Assembly (NCBI GenBank): GCA_019090455.1
Contig: JAHRWA010000074.1
Coordinates: forward strand, 93,345-157,344
Reading direction: 5' to 3'
DNA: 64,000 bases
Source: Pseudomonadales bacterium
GTDB lineage: Bacteria; Pseudomonadota; Gammaproteobacteria; Pseudomonadales; DC-out160
How positions within the stretch are numbered: the stretch's first letter is position 1; each line of letters starts with the position of its first letter. Of the stretch, positions 53,331 through 64,000 are shown piece after piece. The translations under genes and the position numbers were made by a program. The notes below the pieces were generated by a model. That model did no database searches. It was not told the DNA's origin and saw only the letters and a list, made by a program, of their open reading frames with translations.

Positions 53331-53494
53331 AATACGCTCTCCGAATACTCGGAGCCCCCAATGATTGTTTCAAATTCGAATATCAATACGATGTGCAAAA
53401 ATCGCGATAGCTTGGTATTTACGGGAATCAAAATAAAATCTAAAACGTTAACGCTTCACAACACGATTGGGGATTTTATACCTCTTACTAGGTC

Positions 53495-53503
53495 TTATCC
53501 ACA
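53495..53503 (+). promoter_or_regulatory. Perfect DnaA box TTATCCACA
   Basis: Exact match to the consensus. Confidence 0.85.
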
Positions 53504-53653
53504 ACCTTTTGAAGAGACTTAATTAAAAATCAAATTGAAAAATTTACCAGTTTTTTCCTGCATTTATTTTCATTATTTTTAGAATTTATTTGTTGTTTTT
53601 AATGCTCCGTTGTTTCTATGTTCAAAAATATAAATATATAACCTGTAGATAAC

Positions 53654-53688
53654 CCTGTGGTTAAACCACAGGATAAACATGTGGATAA
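53654..53688. promoter_or_regulatory. Inverted repeat CCTGTGG-TTAAA-CCACAGG followed by a perfect reverse DnaA box TGTGGATAA (53680-53688)
   Basis: Each arm contains a DnaA-box-like TGTGG/CCACA core. The reverse box is an exact match. Confidence 0.8.
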
Positions 53689-53834
53689 GTTGATCGTGAT
53701 TTAACTCACAATTAACTCACAGTCATTACAGATGAAGTACCCAACTAGTAAGCAATTTATACGTAAGTTTGTAGAACTTTAAATTGTTGTTTTTATGAAT
53801 ATAAATAGACTTATCCCCGTAAATAGGAGCCTCT

Positions 53835-53855
53835 AATAATAATAATAATAATAAT
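53835..53855. repeat. (AAT)7 microsatellite within oriC
   Basis: aataataataataataataat read directly from the sequence. Confidence 0.95.
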
Positions 53856-54085
53856 CTTTTATATATATAAATAATTATTACTATTAACTAAGGACTAAAT
53901 AACTAATTCAAAACCGAGATTGCATTATTTCCTTGAATACCATAGAATCCGCCCTCTTTTTGACGTATTCGAAATTAGCTGCTTATCTGCAGAAATCGTC
54001 TACACTAGGAACGGAATCCACAAAAATTTACACTTCAAACCCTTAAAATTTCTATTTTAGTCATTTCAAAGAGCTACTTATTGCC

Positions 54086-54220
54086 ATGAAAAGAACCTTC
54101 CAACCCAGCAATTTAAAACGTAAACGTACCCACGGATTTCGATCTAGAATGGCAACAAAGAATGGCCGTATGGTTATTAAACGGCGTAGAGCGAAGGGAC
54201 GAAAGAAACTATCAGCCTAA
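54086..54220 (+). CDS. rpmH: 50S ribosomal protein L34
   Basis: Not in the ORF track (44 aa). Translates to [44 protein letters not shown]. Confidence 0.95.
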   Translation: MKRTFQPSNLKRKRTHGFRSRMATKNGRMVIKRRRAKGRKKLSA

Positions 54221-54276
54221 CGTTTTTAAATACGGATAAATTATTTAAATTGCATGCTTAAGACTGTTAGATAGAA

Positions 54277-54651
54277 ATGGTGAACACTCACTTCTCAAGA
54301 GAAGCTAGGCTTCTGAATTCAAGTCAGTTTCAATCGGTTTTTGATCAAGTGGATTATAAATCATCTAATAAGCATATCTTGTTATTGTCCAGAAATAATG
54401 ATTTAGAGACAGCTAGAATCGGTCTTATAATTGCTAAAAAAAAATTGAAACTAGCTGTTGATCGTAATCGAGTGAAACGAATTGCTAGGGAATCTTTTAG
54501 ATTTAAGAAAAACCAATTAACCGGTTTAGATATTCTCGTTTTATCTAGAAGTAATTTGGCTCACTTAAGCAGCAAACAGCTAAGACAAGAATTTGATCTA
54601 CTTTGGTCTAATCTTTCTCGAAAAATGCTCTCCAAACAATCCAGTAATTAA
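54277..54651 (+). CDS. rnpA: Ribonuclease P protein component
   Basis: 124-aa basic protein directly after rpmH, with the RNR-like motif VDRNRVKRIARE. Confidence 0.88.
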   Translation: MVNTHFSREARLLNSSQFQSVFDQVDYKSSNKHILLLSRNNDLETARIGLIIAKKKLKLAVDRNRVKRIARESFRFKKNQLTGLDILVLSRSNLAHLSSKQLRQEFDLLWSNLSRKMLSKQSSN

Positions 54652-54775
54652 TACCAAAACCCTAACGTAACATAAAGAAGGTTGCACAAGCTTACTAAGC
54701 TTGAGTATCATGCCGCCATTTATCGGGGTAAACCTATTCCGAGCGGTATACAGAGTTAACCCTGGTAAATTAATT

Positions 54776-56524
54776 ATGGAATCAACAGTTAGATATACCC
54801 TGATAGCCGGACTTATTCTTGTTTCTTGGTATCTAGTTTACCTATGGCAACAGGATTATGGGCACACCTCTGTAGCTCAATTACCACCTGTAACCAGCCA
54901 ATCCATAACCGAGTTATCTTCCAAGCCAATTGCATTAATTGACAATGATGTAATCACTCCAAACATAGAAATCGATGATAATAGTCTTGCTGAGGATCTT
55001 CCTTCACTAGAAGCAAACCAAGAAATACCCACAATTGAATCTTCTAACTTGCCACTCACAAATAACCTGGTTTCTGTTTTAACAGATACTTTGGATATAA
55101 GAATTGATACCGTTGGCGGAGATATAGTTTACGCAGGCCTCGTTAAATACCCCTTAACAATAGATAACCCTGATATTCCATTCACTCTTTTAAATCGAAA
55201 TGAGTCGCAAATATACATAGCTGAAAGTGGAGTAGTGGGCAAAAGCGGATCTGATTTAGATAGTGGTAAAAAGAACGCGCGGCCACATTATCAATCATCA
55301 GAAATTAACTATGAGATGACTGCCGATACTCTTGTGGTACCACTAACCTATACTTCACCGAATGGCTTAGTAACGAGAAAAATATTTACCTTCTCTAAAG
55401 GTAGTTATGTTGTAAAAGTACAATTTGAGTTGAATAATCAGTCTAACGATCCTTGGTTAGGTCGTTTTTATGCCCGTCTAAGAAGAGATAATCAAGTTGA
55501 TCCTGGGGTGAATAAAACCGTGGGGATGGGAATGCCTACCTATCTAGGTACAGCGTTTTGGAGACCTGATGAAAAATACAATAAGCTTGATTTTGAAGAT
55601 ATTGAAGATGCTGCTGACAAAAAACAAAGAGCATTGGATGAGAAAATTAAAGGCGGTTGGATCGCAATTATACAGCACTACTTTGTCAGTGCTTGGGTCC
55701 CAGATGTTAATGAGACACACTTATACCAAACCAGTGTAAATAGTCGGGGGGAATATATTATTGGTTTAGCATCACCGACTCTTACTGTAGAAGCCTTTGA
55801 TAAACAAACTATTTCCTCGCAGCTCTATCTCGGCCCAAAACTTCAAAGTGATTTGGAAGCGCTCTCAGATGGTTTAAATTTATCGGTAGATTATGGATTC
55901 CTGTTTTTTATCTCCGATATCTTATTTAGTGTCATGCAGTATATTCATTCCGTAGTTGATAACTGGGGGGTCGCCATCATTTTGTTGACGGTATTGGTAA
56001 AAGCATTCTTCTTCCCACTATCTGCTGCCAGCTTTAAATCAATGGCTAATATGAGGCGAGTTCAGCCTGATTTACTTCGAATACGTGAACAATATGCAGA
56101 AGATAAACAACGTTTATCGCAAGAAATGATGGCGCTTTATAAGAAAGAGAAAATTAACCCTTTAGGTGGGTGTTTACCTATGCTGGTCCAGATGCCAGTT
56201 TTCATAGCGCTTTACTGGGCGTTAATGGAGAGTGTAGAACTACGGCAAGCGGACTTTGCGCTTTGGATACACGATTTATCTGTAATGGATCCCTACTTTA
56301 TTTTGCCTTTGTTGATGGGGGCTAGCATGTTCTTCCAGCAATCACTCAATCCTGCACCACCTGATCCCATGCAGGCAAAAGTGATGAAATTTATGCCGAT
56401 TATATTTACATTTTTCTTCCTCTTTTTCCCTGCCGGATTGGTTTTATATTGGTTAACCAATAATGTCTTATCGATTGCACAACAATGGTATATAACTAAG
56501 CGAATTGAAAACGCGGCAAAGTAG
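54776..56524 (+). CDS. yidC: Membrane protein insertase YidC
   Basis: N-terminal TM helix, large periplasmic domain, conserved C-terminal core (GCLPMLVQMPVFIALYW). The ORF is open from 54701, but ATG 54776 gives the canonical N-terminus. Confidence 0.93.
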   Translation: MESTVRYTLIAGLILVSWYLVYLWQQDYGHTSVAQLPPVTSQSITELSSKPIALIDNDVITPNIEIDDNSLAEDLPSLEANQEIPTIESSNLPLTNNLVSVLTDTLDIRIDTVGGDIVYAGLVKYPLTIDNPDIPFTLLNRNESQIYIAESGVVGKSGSDLDSGKKNARPHYQSSEINYEMTADTLVVPLTYTSPNGLVTRKIFTFSKGSYVVKVQFELNNQSNDPWLGRFYARLRRDNQVDPGVNKTVGMGMPTYLGTAFWRPDEKYNKLDFEDIEDAADKKQRALDEKIKGGWIAIIQHYFVSAWVPDVNETHLYQTSVNSRGEYIIGLASPTLTVEAFDKQTISSQLYLGPKLQSDLEALSDGLNLSVDYGFLFFISDILFSVMQYIHSVVDNWGVAIILLTVLVKAFFFPLSAASFKSMANMRRVQPDLLRIREQYAEDKQRLSQEMMALYKKEKINPLGGCLPMLVQMPVFIALYWALMESVELRQADFALWIHDLSVMDPYFILPLLMGASMFFQQSLNPAPPDPMQAKVMKFMPIIFTFFFLFFPAGLVLYWLTNNVLSIAQQWYITKRIENAAK

Positions 56525-56564
56525 GCTGGTAAATCGTCTGAATGTTTAATTTATATTATGAATA

Positions 56565-58031
56565 ATGACAATATTAAGTGCTGATTCAGATACGATTATT
56601 GCTCAAGCTACACCACCTGGACGAGGTGGCGTAGGTATACTTCGCTTATCCGGCCCGCGTAGCCTTGAATTTGCTCAAGCTGTCGTTAGGTTCACTAAGT
56701 CGAAATCTTCTAAGGTCACCTCTACTCAAGAGATGACTTCTGATGTTAAACCTCAGTTAAAACCCCGCTTTGCACATTTTGCTCAATTTTTTGATAAGAA
56801 AAATGATCTGATTGATGAGGGCATTGTTTTATATTTCCCTGGCCCCAATTCATTTACCGGCGAAGATGTAGTTGAACTTCAAGGCCATGGCGGCCCTGTG
56901 GTATTGGATTTTTTAATTCAGCAGTTTTTAGATTTAGGCGCAAGGATAGCAAGGCCAGGGGAGTTTTCTGAACGAGCGTTTCTGAATGACAAATTGGATC
57001 TCATTCAAGCGGAAGCTATCGCTGATCTTATTGATAGTTCATCCACTCAAGCTGCAAGAAGCGCTGTTCGTTCATTATCTGGTGAGTTTTCGAATCAGAT
57101 TAATCAGCTTTTAGAATCGTTGATAACATTGCGCTTGTATATCGAGGCTGCGATTGATTTTCCAGAGGAAGAAATTGATTTTCTGGCTGATTCCAAGGTA
57201 ACAAAGGGTCTAGACGAGATTGTGTTACGGATAACTTCTGTTTTACAAACAGCAAATCAAGGAGCGTTACTACAAGAAGGTATGAGGGTTGTTATAGCCG
57301 GTCGTCCAAATGCAGGAAAATCTAGTTTATTAAATTGTCTTGCAGGCGAAAATCGCGCCATAGTCACTGCACTTGCAGGAACGACTAGGGATGTTCTGAG
57401 AGAAAAAATTAACATTGACGGAATGCCGCTGCATATAATTGATACTGCGGGGTTAAGGACTAGTCCCGATGAAATTGAACAGGAAGGCATTAAAAGAGCT
57501 TGGCAAGAGATTGAGCTAGCAGACCAAATATTACTTGTTGTTGATGCTAGTGGAGATAATATTGGAAAGAATGTTTCCATGGATAATGTTCAAGCTCTCT
57601 GGCAGGAAATGGTGTTTAGCGACAAAATATGGGCAGATAAAATTCTAAAGAAAATTATTTTAATCCGAAATAAAATCGACTTGTTGAAAGAGTCCCCTAC
57701 TGAAATAGAGAATACGGATTTAACGGTTATCTGTTTGTCGGCTAAGAATAATAAAGGAATCGATATACTGAGAAATCACTTAAAAAAAATAATGGGATTT
57801 AAGAATTTGGGTCAAGGCCAGTTTTCCGCGAGGCGCCGTCATACTGATGCAATAGAGAGAGCGTTAAAGTTTGTAAAGGCAGGAGAGGAGCAATTGCTGA
57901 ATGCAGGGGCAGGGGAGCTCTTAGCAGAGGATCTAAAACAGGCTCAGAACTGTCTGTCTGAAATCACTGGCGAGTTTACCTCGGATGATTTACTAGGGCG
58001 TATTTTCTCCAGCTTTTGTATTGGTAAGTGA
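56565..58031 (+). CDS. mnmE: tRNA modification GTPase MnmE
   Basis: [19 protein letters not shown]-terminal FCIGK. Confidence 0.95.
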   Translation: MTILSADSDTIIAQATPPGRGGVGILRLSGPRSLEFAQAVVRFTKSKSSKVTSTQEMTSDVKPQLKPRFAHFAQFFDKKNDLIDEGIVLYFPGPNSFTGEDVVELQGHGGPVVLDFLIQQFLDLGARIARPGEFSERAFLNDKLDLIQAEAIADLIDSSSTQAARSAVRSLSGEFSNQINQLLESLITLRLYIEAAIDFPEEEIDFLADSKVTKGLDEIVLRITSVLQTANQGALLQEGMRVVIAGRPNAGKSSLLNCLAGENRAIVTALAGTTRDVLREKINIDGMPLHIIDTAGLRTSPDEIEQEGIKRAWQEIELADQILLVVDASGDNIGKNVSMDNVQALWQEMVFSDKIWADKILKKIILIRNKIDLLKESPTEIENTDLTVICLSAKNNKGIDILRNHLKKIMGFKNLGQGQFSARRRHTDAIERALKFVKAGEEQLLNAGAGELLAEDLKQAQNCLSEITGEFTSDDLLGRIFSSFCIGK

Positions 58032-58190
58032 GTAATCACTATAGACTTTAAAGTTACATAATATAGCACTGTTCTTTGGCTATTTAATCGACTACTACTT
58101 TCATTCCTGTGGTTACCACTTATAATTAGCGCCCTATATTTTTTTCTCTCATTTCAATTCGTGTTTTTATATTAATAAGCTGAGGTATTT

Positions 58191-60068
58191 GTGGATTTTC
58201 CAACGCACTTTGACGTCATTGTTATTGGTGGTGGTCATGCTGGCTGTGAAGCCGCCTTGGCCTCAGCTCGAATAGGTGCAAAAACTCTACTTTTAACCCA
58301 TAACATTGAAACCATAGGCCAAATGTCATGTAACCCGGCAATTGGCGGCATCGGCAAGAGTCATTTAGTCAAAGAAATAGATGCACTTGGCGGAGCAATG
58401 GCTGCCGTCACCGACCTAGGTGGGATTCAGTTTCGTGTACTCAATAGTCGAAAAGGCCCTGCGGTTCGTGCGACGAGAGCACAGACAGATCGAGCGTTAT
58501 ATAAGGCAGCGATGAGAGAGGTAATAGAAAATCAGCTAAACCTAACTCTTTTTCAACAAGCAGCTGATGATCTCATTATGGATGGTGACCAGGTTGCGGG
58601 GGTGATCACTAATATGGGAGTGCGATTTAATTCCACTAGTGTAGTGTTAACTGCAGGCACCTTTTTAGGTGGCGTTATTCACGTAGGTCTGAATAATCAT
58701 GAGGGCGGCCGAGCAGGGGATCCCACTAGTACGGCATTAGCGCGCAGACTAAGACAAATGCCATTTAGAGTTGATCGCCTGAAAACAGGGACACCACCTC
58801 GAATCGATAGTCGTAGCGTCGATTTTTCAGTTATGAGTGAGCAGCCTGGGGATACTCCCGTTCCGGTAATGTCTTTTTTGGGATCAACCAAATACCACCC
58901 TCAACAAGTGAGTTGTTTCATTACTCATACTAGTGAAAAAACCCATAATATTATCCGACAGGGCTTGGATCGATCGCCGATGTATACGGGAGTTATCGAA
59001 GGGCAAGGGCCACGCTATTGCCCCTCCATTGAAGATAAAATTACACGGTTTGCGGATAAGGACAGTCACCAGGTTTTTGTTGAACCTGAGGGACTAACTA
59101 CCAATGAGCTTTATCCTAATGGCATTTCAACTAGTTTACCTTTTGATGTTCAGCTCGAATTAGTTCGTACTATAAAGGGTTTTGAAAAAGCACATATTAC
59201 TCGACCTGGTTATGCCATTGAGTATGATTTTTTTGATCCTCGAGATTTGCACCATTCATTAGAAACTAATTGCATTCCGGGACTCTATTTTGCTGGTCAA
59301 ATCAATGGTACTACAGGCTATGAAGAGGCTGCCGCCCAAGGCCTCTTGGCGGGTACTAACGCGGCGTTACGTGCACTTGATAAAGACCAATGGTATCCCA
59401 GGCGAGATCAGGCTTATCTTGGTGTTCTGGTGGATGATTTGATAACGCGAGGCACTAAAGAACCTTATCGAATGTTTACAAGCCGAGCTGAGTATCGCCT
59501 TTTATTACGAGAGGATAATGCAGATCTTAGGTTAACTGAAATTGGTCGCACATTGGGTTTAGTGAATGATCGTCGATGGCGGGCTTTCAGTGAAAAACGT
59601 GAATCTATTGAATTAGAACTTCAGCGTCTAAAAGAGACATGGGTGGGGAGTGAGTCAAAATTAGGAATGGCCGTAGGAAGTGTTTTAGGTAAACCCCTTA
59701 GTAAAGAGAGTACGCTTGCCGATTTATTAAAGCGCCCAGAAATGAACTATAGTGCGTTACAGTCTGTTGATGAAAATAGTACTGCTCAAGGTCAAATTGC
59801 TGAACAAGTTGAAATTCATCTTAAATATGCTGGCTATATTGATCGTCAAAAAGAAGAAATAGATCGATTGAAGCGGTATGAAAATATTGAGTTACCGGAT
59901 AGTTTGGATTTTCGTCAGATAAAAGGCTTATCGAATGAGGTTAAGCAAAAACTTAGTGATTCCAGACCTCAAACGCTTGGGCATGCGTCGCGTTTGTCTG
60001 GCATTACCCCCGCGGCGATTTCGATTCTGATGGTGTATTTGAAAAAAAGAAGAAATCTGGCTGGTTAA
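58191..60068 (+). CDS. mnmG: tRNA uridine 5-carboxymethylaminomethyl modification enzyme MnmG (GidA)
   Basis: FAD motif [14 protein letters not shown]. 625 aa. GTG start. Confidence 0.97.
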   Translation: MDFPTHFDVIVIGGGHAGCEAALASARIGAKTLLLTHNIETIGQMSCNPAIGGIGKSHLVKEIDALGGAMAAVTDLGGIQFRVLNSRKGPAVRATRAQTDRALYKAAMREVIENQLNLTLFQQAADDLIMDGDQVAGVITNMGVRFNSTSVVLTAGTFLGGVIHVGLNNHEGGRAGDPTSTALARRLRQMPFRVDRLKTGTPPRIDSRSVDFSVMSEQPGDTPVPVMSFLGSTKYHPQQVSCFITHTSEKTHNIIRQGLDRSPMYTGVIEGQGPRYCPSIEDKITRFADKDSHQVFVEPEGLTTNELYPNGISTSLPFDVQLELVRTIKGFEKAHITRPGYAIEYDFFDPRDLHHSLETNCIPGLYFAGQINGTTGYEEAAAQGLLAGTNAALRALDKDQWYPRRDQAYLGVLVDDLITRGTKEPYRMFTSRAEYRLLLREDNADLRLTEIGRTLGLVNDRRWRAFSEKRESIELELQRLKETWVGSESKLGMAVGSVLGKPLSKESTLADLLKRPEMNYSALQSVDENSTAQGQIAEQVEIHLKYAGYIDRQKEEIDRLKRYENIELPDSLDFRQIKGLSNEVKQKLSDSRPQTLGHASRLSGITPAAISILMVYLKKRRNLAG

Positions 60069-60100
60069 ATATTAATTGAATCTATGATTAGGAATTAGAC

Positions 60101-60730
60101 TTGCAGGATTTAAAAAGATTGCTACAGGAAGGGGCTGAAAATCTACAAATTGAATTAAGTGCGCATCAACTTGAGCAATTTATGGCATACCTTCAACTCA
60201 TCATGCGTTGGAATAAAACCTATAACTTAACCGCAGTGAAAGATCCCAAACAGATCGTTATTCGGCATTTTTTAGATAGTATTGCCGTTGCACCTCATAT
60301 TTCTGGCGGTCGAATATTGGATGTCGGTGCTGGTGCCGGTTTACCCGGAATTCCATTAGCGTTATTGTATCCCCTGGTACAGTTTGTTTTGTTGGATAGT
60401 AATGGGAAGAAAACTCGATTTATGCAACAGGTAGTGGCAGAGTTAAACCTACCTCATGTTGAAGTGGCAAAAAGTCGAGTTGAGTTATTTTTCACAGAAC
60501 AGAAATTTGATCAAATATACAGTAGAGCGTTCAGCTCTATCGAAGATAAAATTAAAAATGTTGAGCACTTACTTCGTGAAAAAGGGCAGATTATGGCTCT
60601 TAAGGGTGACGTGCCAAAGGCTGAGTTAATCAAATTAGCGGCTCAAATTAAATCAGTTAGGATACATTCCTTGAAGGTTCCTAATTTAGAATCTGAAGCA
60701 AGAAATTTGATTGAAATTGAGCTTTTGTAG
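60101..60730 (+). CDS. rsmG: 16S rRNA m7G527 methyltransferase RsmG (GidB)
   Basis: ILDVGAGAGLPGIPLA. Follows mnmG. TTG start. Confidence 0.9.
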   Translation: MQDLKRLLQEGAENLQIELSAHQLEQFMAYLQLIMRWNKTYNLTAVKDPKQIVIRHFLDSIAVAPHISGGRILDVGAGAGLPGIPLALLYPLVQFVLLDSNGKKTRFMQQVVAELNLPHVEVAKSRVELFFTEQKFDQIYSRAFSSIEDKIKNVEHLLREKGQIMALKGDVPKAELIKLAAQIKSVRIHSLKVPNLESEARNLIEIELL

Positions 60731-60762
60731 CGGTATTGGCTTTTAACTATTTGGAGATTTCC

Positions 60763-61554
60763 GTGGCTAAAGTGATTGCCATCACCAACCAAAAGGGTGG
60801 TGTTGGAAAAACAACAACGAGTGTCAATCTGGCGGCATCATTGGTAGCAACTAAACGAAAAGTAATGCTATTAGATTTAGACCCACAAGGTAATGCCACT
60901 ACAGGTTCCGGAGTTGATAAGAATAATTTGGATTCATCTATTTACGATGTACTTGTAGGTGATGACGAAACCTTGTCATGTAGAGTCTCAACCAACGCAG
61001 GTTTTGATTTGTTGCCGGCTAATGGGGACCTCACTGCCGCTGAAGTCGTGTTATTGGAATTAGAGAATAAAGAGTTTCGTCTAAAGAATGTGATAGATCG
61101 AATCAGAAATGATTATGACTACCTCATTATTGATTGTCCCCCATCTTTAAATATGTTGACGGTTAATGCGTTAGTTGGTTCTGATTCTGTAATGATACCC
61201 ATGCAGTGTGAATATTATGCGTTAGAAGGTTTGGCTGCGTTATTGGGGACGATTGAGAAAATTAAGATCTCTCTTAATCCAGAGTTAGAGATTGATGGTC
61301 TTCTTAGAACCATGTTTGATCCTCGTAATAGTCTTAGTAATGACGTATCACGCCACTTAATAGAACGCTTCAAATCTAAGGTTTATCGCACGATTATTCC
61401 AAGAAATGTACGATTAGCAGAGGCGCCTAGTCATGGCATGCCCGTTTTGGAATACGATCGCCGGTCTCGTGGTGCGGTGTGTTATCTCGCATTGGCGGGT
61501 GAACTTATTCGTCGTGCTGAACAAGAAGCCAAAGAAGTAGCGACTCCCGCATAG
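60763..61554 (+). CDS. parA: Chromosome partitioning ATPase ParA/Soj
   Basis: Deviant Walker A NQKGGVGKTT. GTG 60763 with a GGAG RBS gives the canonical VAKVIAITN start (the ORF is open from 60736). Confidence 0.93.
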   Translation: MAKVIAITNQKGGVGKTTTSVNLAASLVATKRKVMLLDLDPQGNATTGSGVDKNNLDSSIYDVLVGDDETLSCRVSTNAGFDLLPANGDLTAAEVVLLELENKEFRLKNVIDRIRNDYDYLIIDCPPSLNMLTVNALVGSDSVMIPMQCEYYALEGLAALLGTIEKIKISLNPELEIDGLLRTMFDPRNSLSNDVSRHLIERFKSKVYRTIIPRNVRLAEAPSHGMPVLEYDRRSRGAVCYLALAGELIRRAEQEAKEVATPA

Positions 61555-61574
61555 TATATTGAGAGGATTTACCC

Positions 61575-62477
61575 ATGGCAGCTAAAAAACGTGGACTTGG
61601 AAAAGGACTCGATGCATTGATTGGTATTACGTTACCAAGTGATCCAAAGCTTGAGGCTGCTACTTCTCAGGACTCTAAAGGGAGCGAAATTTACAATGAC
61701 AATGAGTTAAAACAGCTCCCTATAGAGTTTTTACAGACCGGTCGCTATCAACCTCGTAAAGATATGTCCCCTGAAGCACTAGAGGAGTTAACACTTTCTA
61801 TTAAAGCCCAGGGCGTCATACAGCCGATAGTTGTCAGGCCTATTGCAAACAAGAAGTATGAAATTGTAGCCGGCGAACGGCGGTGGCGAGCGACTCAGCA
61901 AGCGGGTTTGGAATCAATTCCTTGTATTGTTAAAGATCTACCAGATGAAGCGGCAATAGCAATAGCATTAATTGAAAATATACAGCGTGAAGATTTAAAT
62001 CCTATGGAAGAGGCTGTAGCACTTCAGCGTTTACAAAGCGAATTTCAGCTCACTCATCAACAAGTTGCTGATGCAGTGGGTAAATCGCGCACTACAGTGA
62101 CCAACTTGTTACGCCTAAATACCTTGTGTCAGGAAACCAAAACATTACTTGAGCGTGGTGATATTGAAATGGGACACGCAAGAGCTTTGTTAACCTTAAA
62201 CCCTGAAAGACAATCTGATGCTGTGCGCACCGTCGTTGCAAAATCTTTGACTGTTAGACAAACCGAAGCATTGGTTCGTCAAATTCAACTAAAGACTGAG
62301 AATGGGTCTAGCGAGTCCCCGAGGGCTGATCCTGACGTCAGACTGTTACAAGATAAACTAGCCGCGACAATTGGCGCACCAGTTGCCATAGTACATAGTG
62401 CAAAAGGTAAAGGAAAGCTGGTGATCAAGTACAATAGCCTAGATGAACTAGACGGTATTTTGGATCATATTAAATAA
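61575..62477 (+). CDS. parB: Chromosome partitioning protein ParB/Spo0J
   Basis: IVAGERRWRA ParB box and HTH region QQVADAVGKSRTTVTN. Confidence 0.93.
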   Translation: MAAKKRGLGKGLDALIGITLPSDPKLEAATSQDSKGSEIYNDNELKQLPIEFLQTGRYQPRKDMSPEALEELTLSIKAQGVIQPIVVRPIANKKYEIVAGERRWRATQQAGLESIPCIVKDLPDEAAIAIALIENIQREDLNPMEEAVALQRLQSEFQLTHQQVADAVGKSRTTVTNLLRLNTLCQETKTLLERGDIEMGHARALLTLNPERQSDAVRTVVAKSLTVRQTEALVRQIQLKTENGSSESPRADPDVRLLQDKLAATIGAPVAIVHSAKGKGKLVIKYNSLDELDGILDHIK

Positions 62478-62746
62478 GGTTTGCTGACATTTAGTTTTAG
62501 GTCATTAGTAATTCACTATAAACGTGCATGGCTAATGAAGGGCTTATTTCCAAACCAAACATTTATGATATTAAATCACCGTTAAACACGAATATTGGTT
62601 GATCAATTCGAGCAGAATAACTTATACTTCGCACCGCCTCGGAAGCGTTTGATTTTGTAGTTATTACTAATCATCAAATACTGATCGAGATAAGATGCCG
62701 CCAATAAATTGTTGGCCCATCTAATGTTGAAGGCGGAGAGACCACT

Positions 62747-63139
62747 GTGACGAAACCTGGAGCGTTAAACCAACGCTCACTAGCATACAGTGTAGTTGGT
62801 ACACAGATTTTCGTTGCAACGCTATTACCCACACTGTTTTTGATTGTTGATAAAGATATAGCAGTTAGTGTCTTTATCGGTTGCTGGATAGCAACCCTAT
62901 CAAATGCATACTTCGGTATACAAGCGTTTCGGTATTCAGGGGCACGATCTGCACAGAAAATAGTGCAATCATTTTATAGAGGTGAAGCAGGAAAATTTAT
63001 TATCAACATAGTTCTCATTGCAATAGCATTTGAATACGTTGAGTTGCTTCAGGTAGGAAATAATTCGTTATATATGTTTGTGGCGTTTACCTTGATCCAT
63101 ATAGTGACTTGGTTTGCGCCAATAGTGCTGAAAAAATAG
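62747..63139 (+). CDS. atpI: F0F1 ATP synthase subunit I
   Basis: 130-aa hydrophobic protein immediately upstream of atpB. GTG start with a GGAGAG RBS. Confidence 0.7.
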   Translation: MTKPGALNQRSLAYSVVGTQIFVATLLPTLFLIVDKDIAVSVFIGCWIATLSNAYFGIQAFRYSGARSAQKIVQSFYRGEAGKFIINIVLIAIAFEYVELLQVGNNSLYMFVAFTLIHIVTWFAPIVLKK

Positions 63140-63179
63140 ATTTTTTTAGAATAGGTTTTGAACTCAGTTATTGGAATAG

Positions 63180-64000
<821 letters not shown>

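Larger units (their letters stand above)
53365..54060. other. Chromosomal replication origin (oriC) between dnaA and rpmH
   Basis: Two perfect DnaA boxes and several 1-2-mismatch boxes. Long AT-rich tracts at 53521-53640 and 53835-53880. Pseudomonas-type location. Confidence 0.8.

Noticed and set aside
58032-58190. Second origin-like region upstream of mnmG (the E. coli-type oriC position)
   Set aside because: It has only one weak TGTGGTTAC-like motif and no perfect DnaA boxes. The dnaA-rpmH spacer is far richer in boxes.

Overview
Origin-proximal chromosomal segment of a moderately AT-rich gammaproteobacterium. Gene order closely parallels the Pseudomonas oriC neighbourhood. Core genes, left to right: GGDEF cyclase, EEP-family protein, DsbA-like protein, cytochrome c5, engB, polA, thrB, znuA, znuCB, yheV, prlC, aroE, tsaC, purE, dprA, a LysM/TsaP-like gene, def, fmt, rsmB, trkA, trkH, a Qor-like oxidoreductase, glyQS, gmhB, gyrB, recF, dnaN, dnaA, oriC, rpmH, rnpA, yidC, mnmE, mnmG, rsmG, parAB, atpI and atpB (truncated at the right edge). 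The left ~7 kb is accessory. It holds the type I-F adaptation/nuclease genes cas1 and cas2-3 (the operon runs off the left edge and no CRISPR array is visible here). Next to them is a heavily decayed narG relic and an HD-GYP gene whose 5' end looks damaged. Other lineage-specific insertions into the conserved backbone are: (a) three acidic coiled-coil protein genes between engB and polA; (b) two orphan genes plus a 500-bp AT-rich spacer after znuB; (c) a four-gene block before glyQ (acidic protein, SAM methyltransferase, REC-TPR response regulator, sensorless histidine kinase). No tRNA, rRNA, transposase, integrase or prophage genes were recognised. Short tandem repeats of 13-20 bp recur in intergenic regions, and one lies in frame inside thrB. 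I found no clearly novel multi-gene system. The most notable items are the narG relic beside cas1, the coiled-coil trio, the REC-TPR/kinase block, a dispersed AGTTGA-type repeat and phased DnaA-box-like motifs far from oriC.
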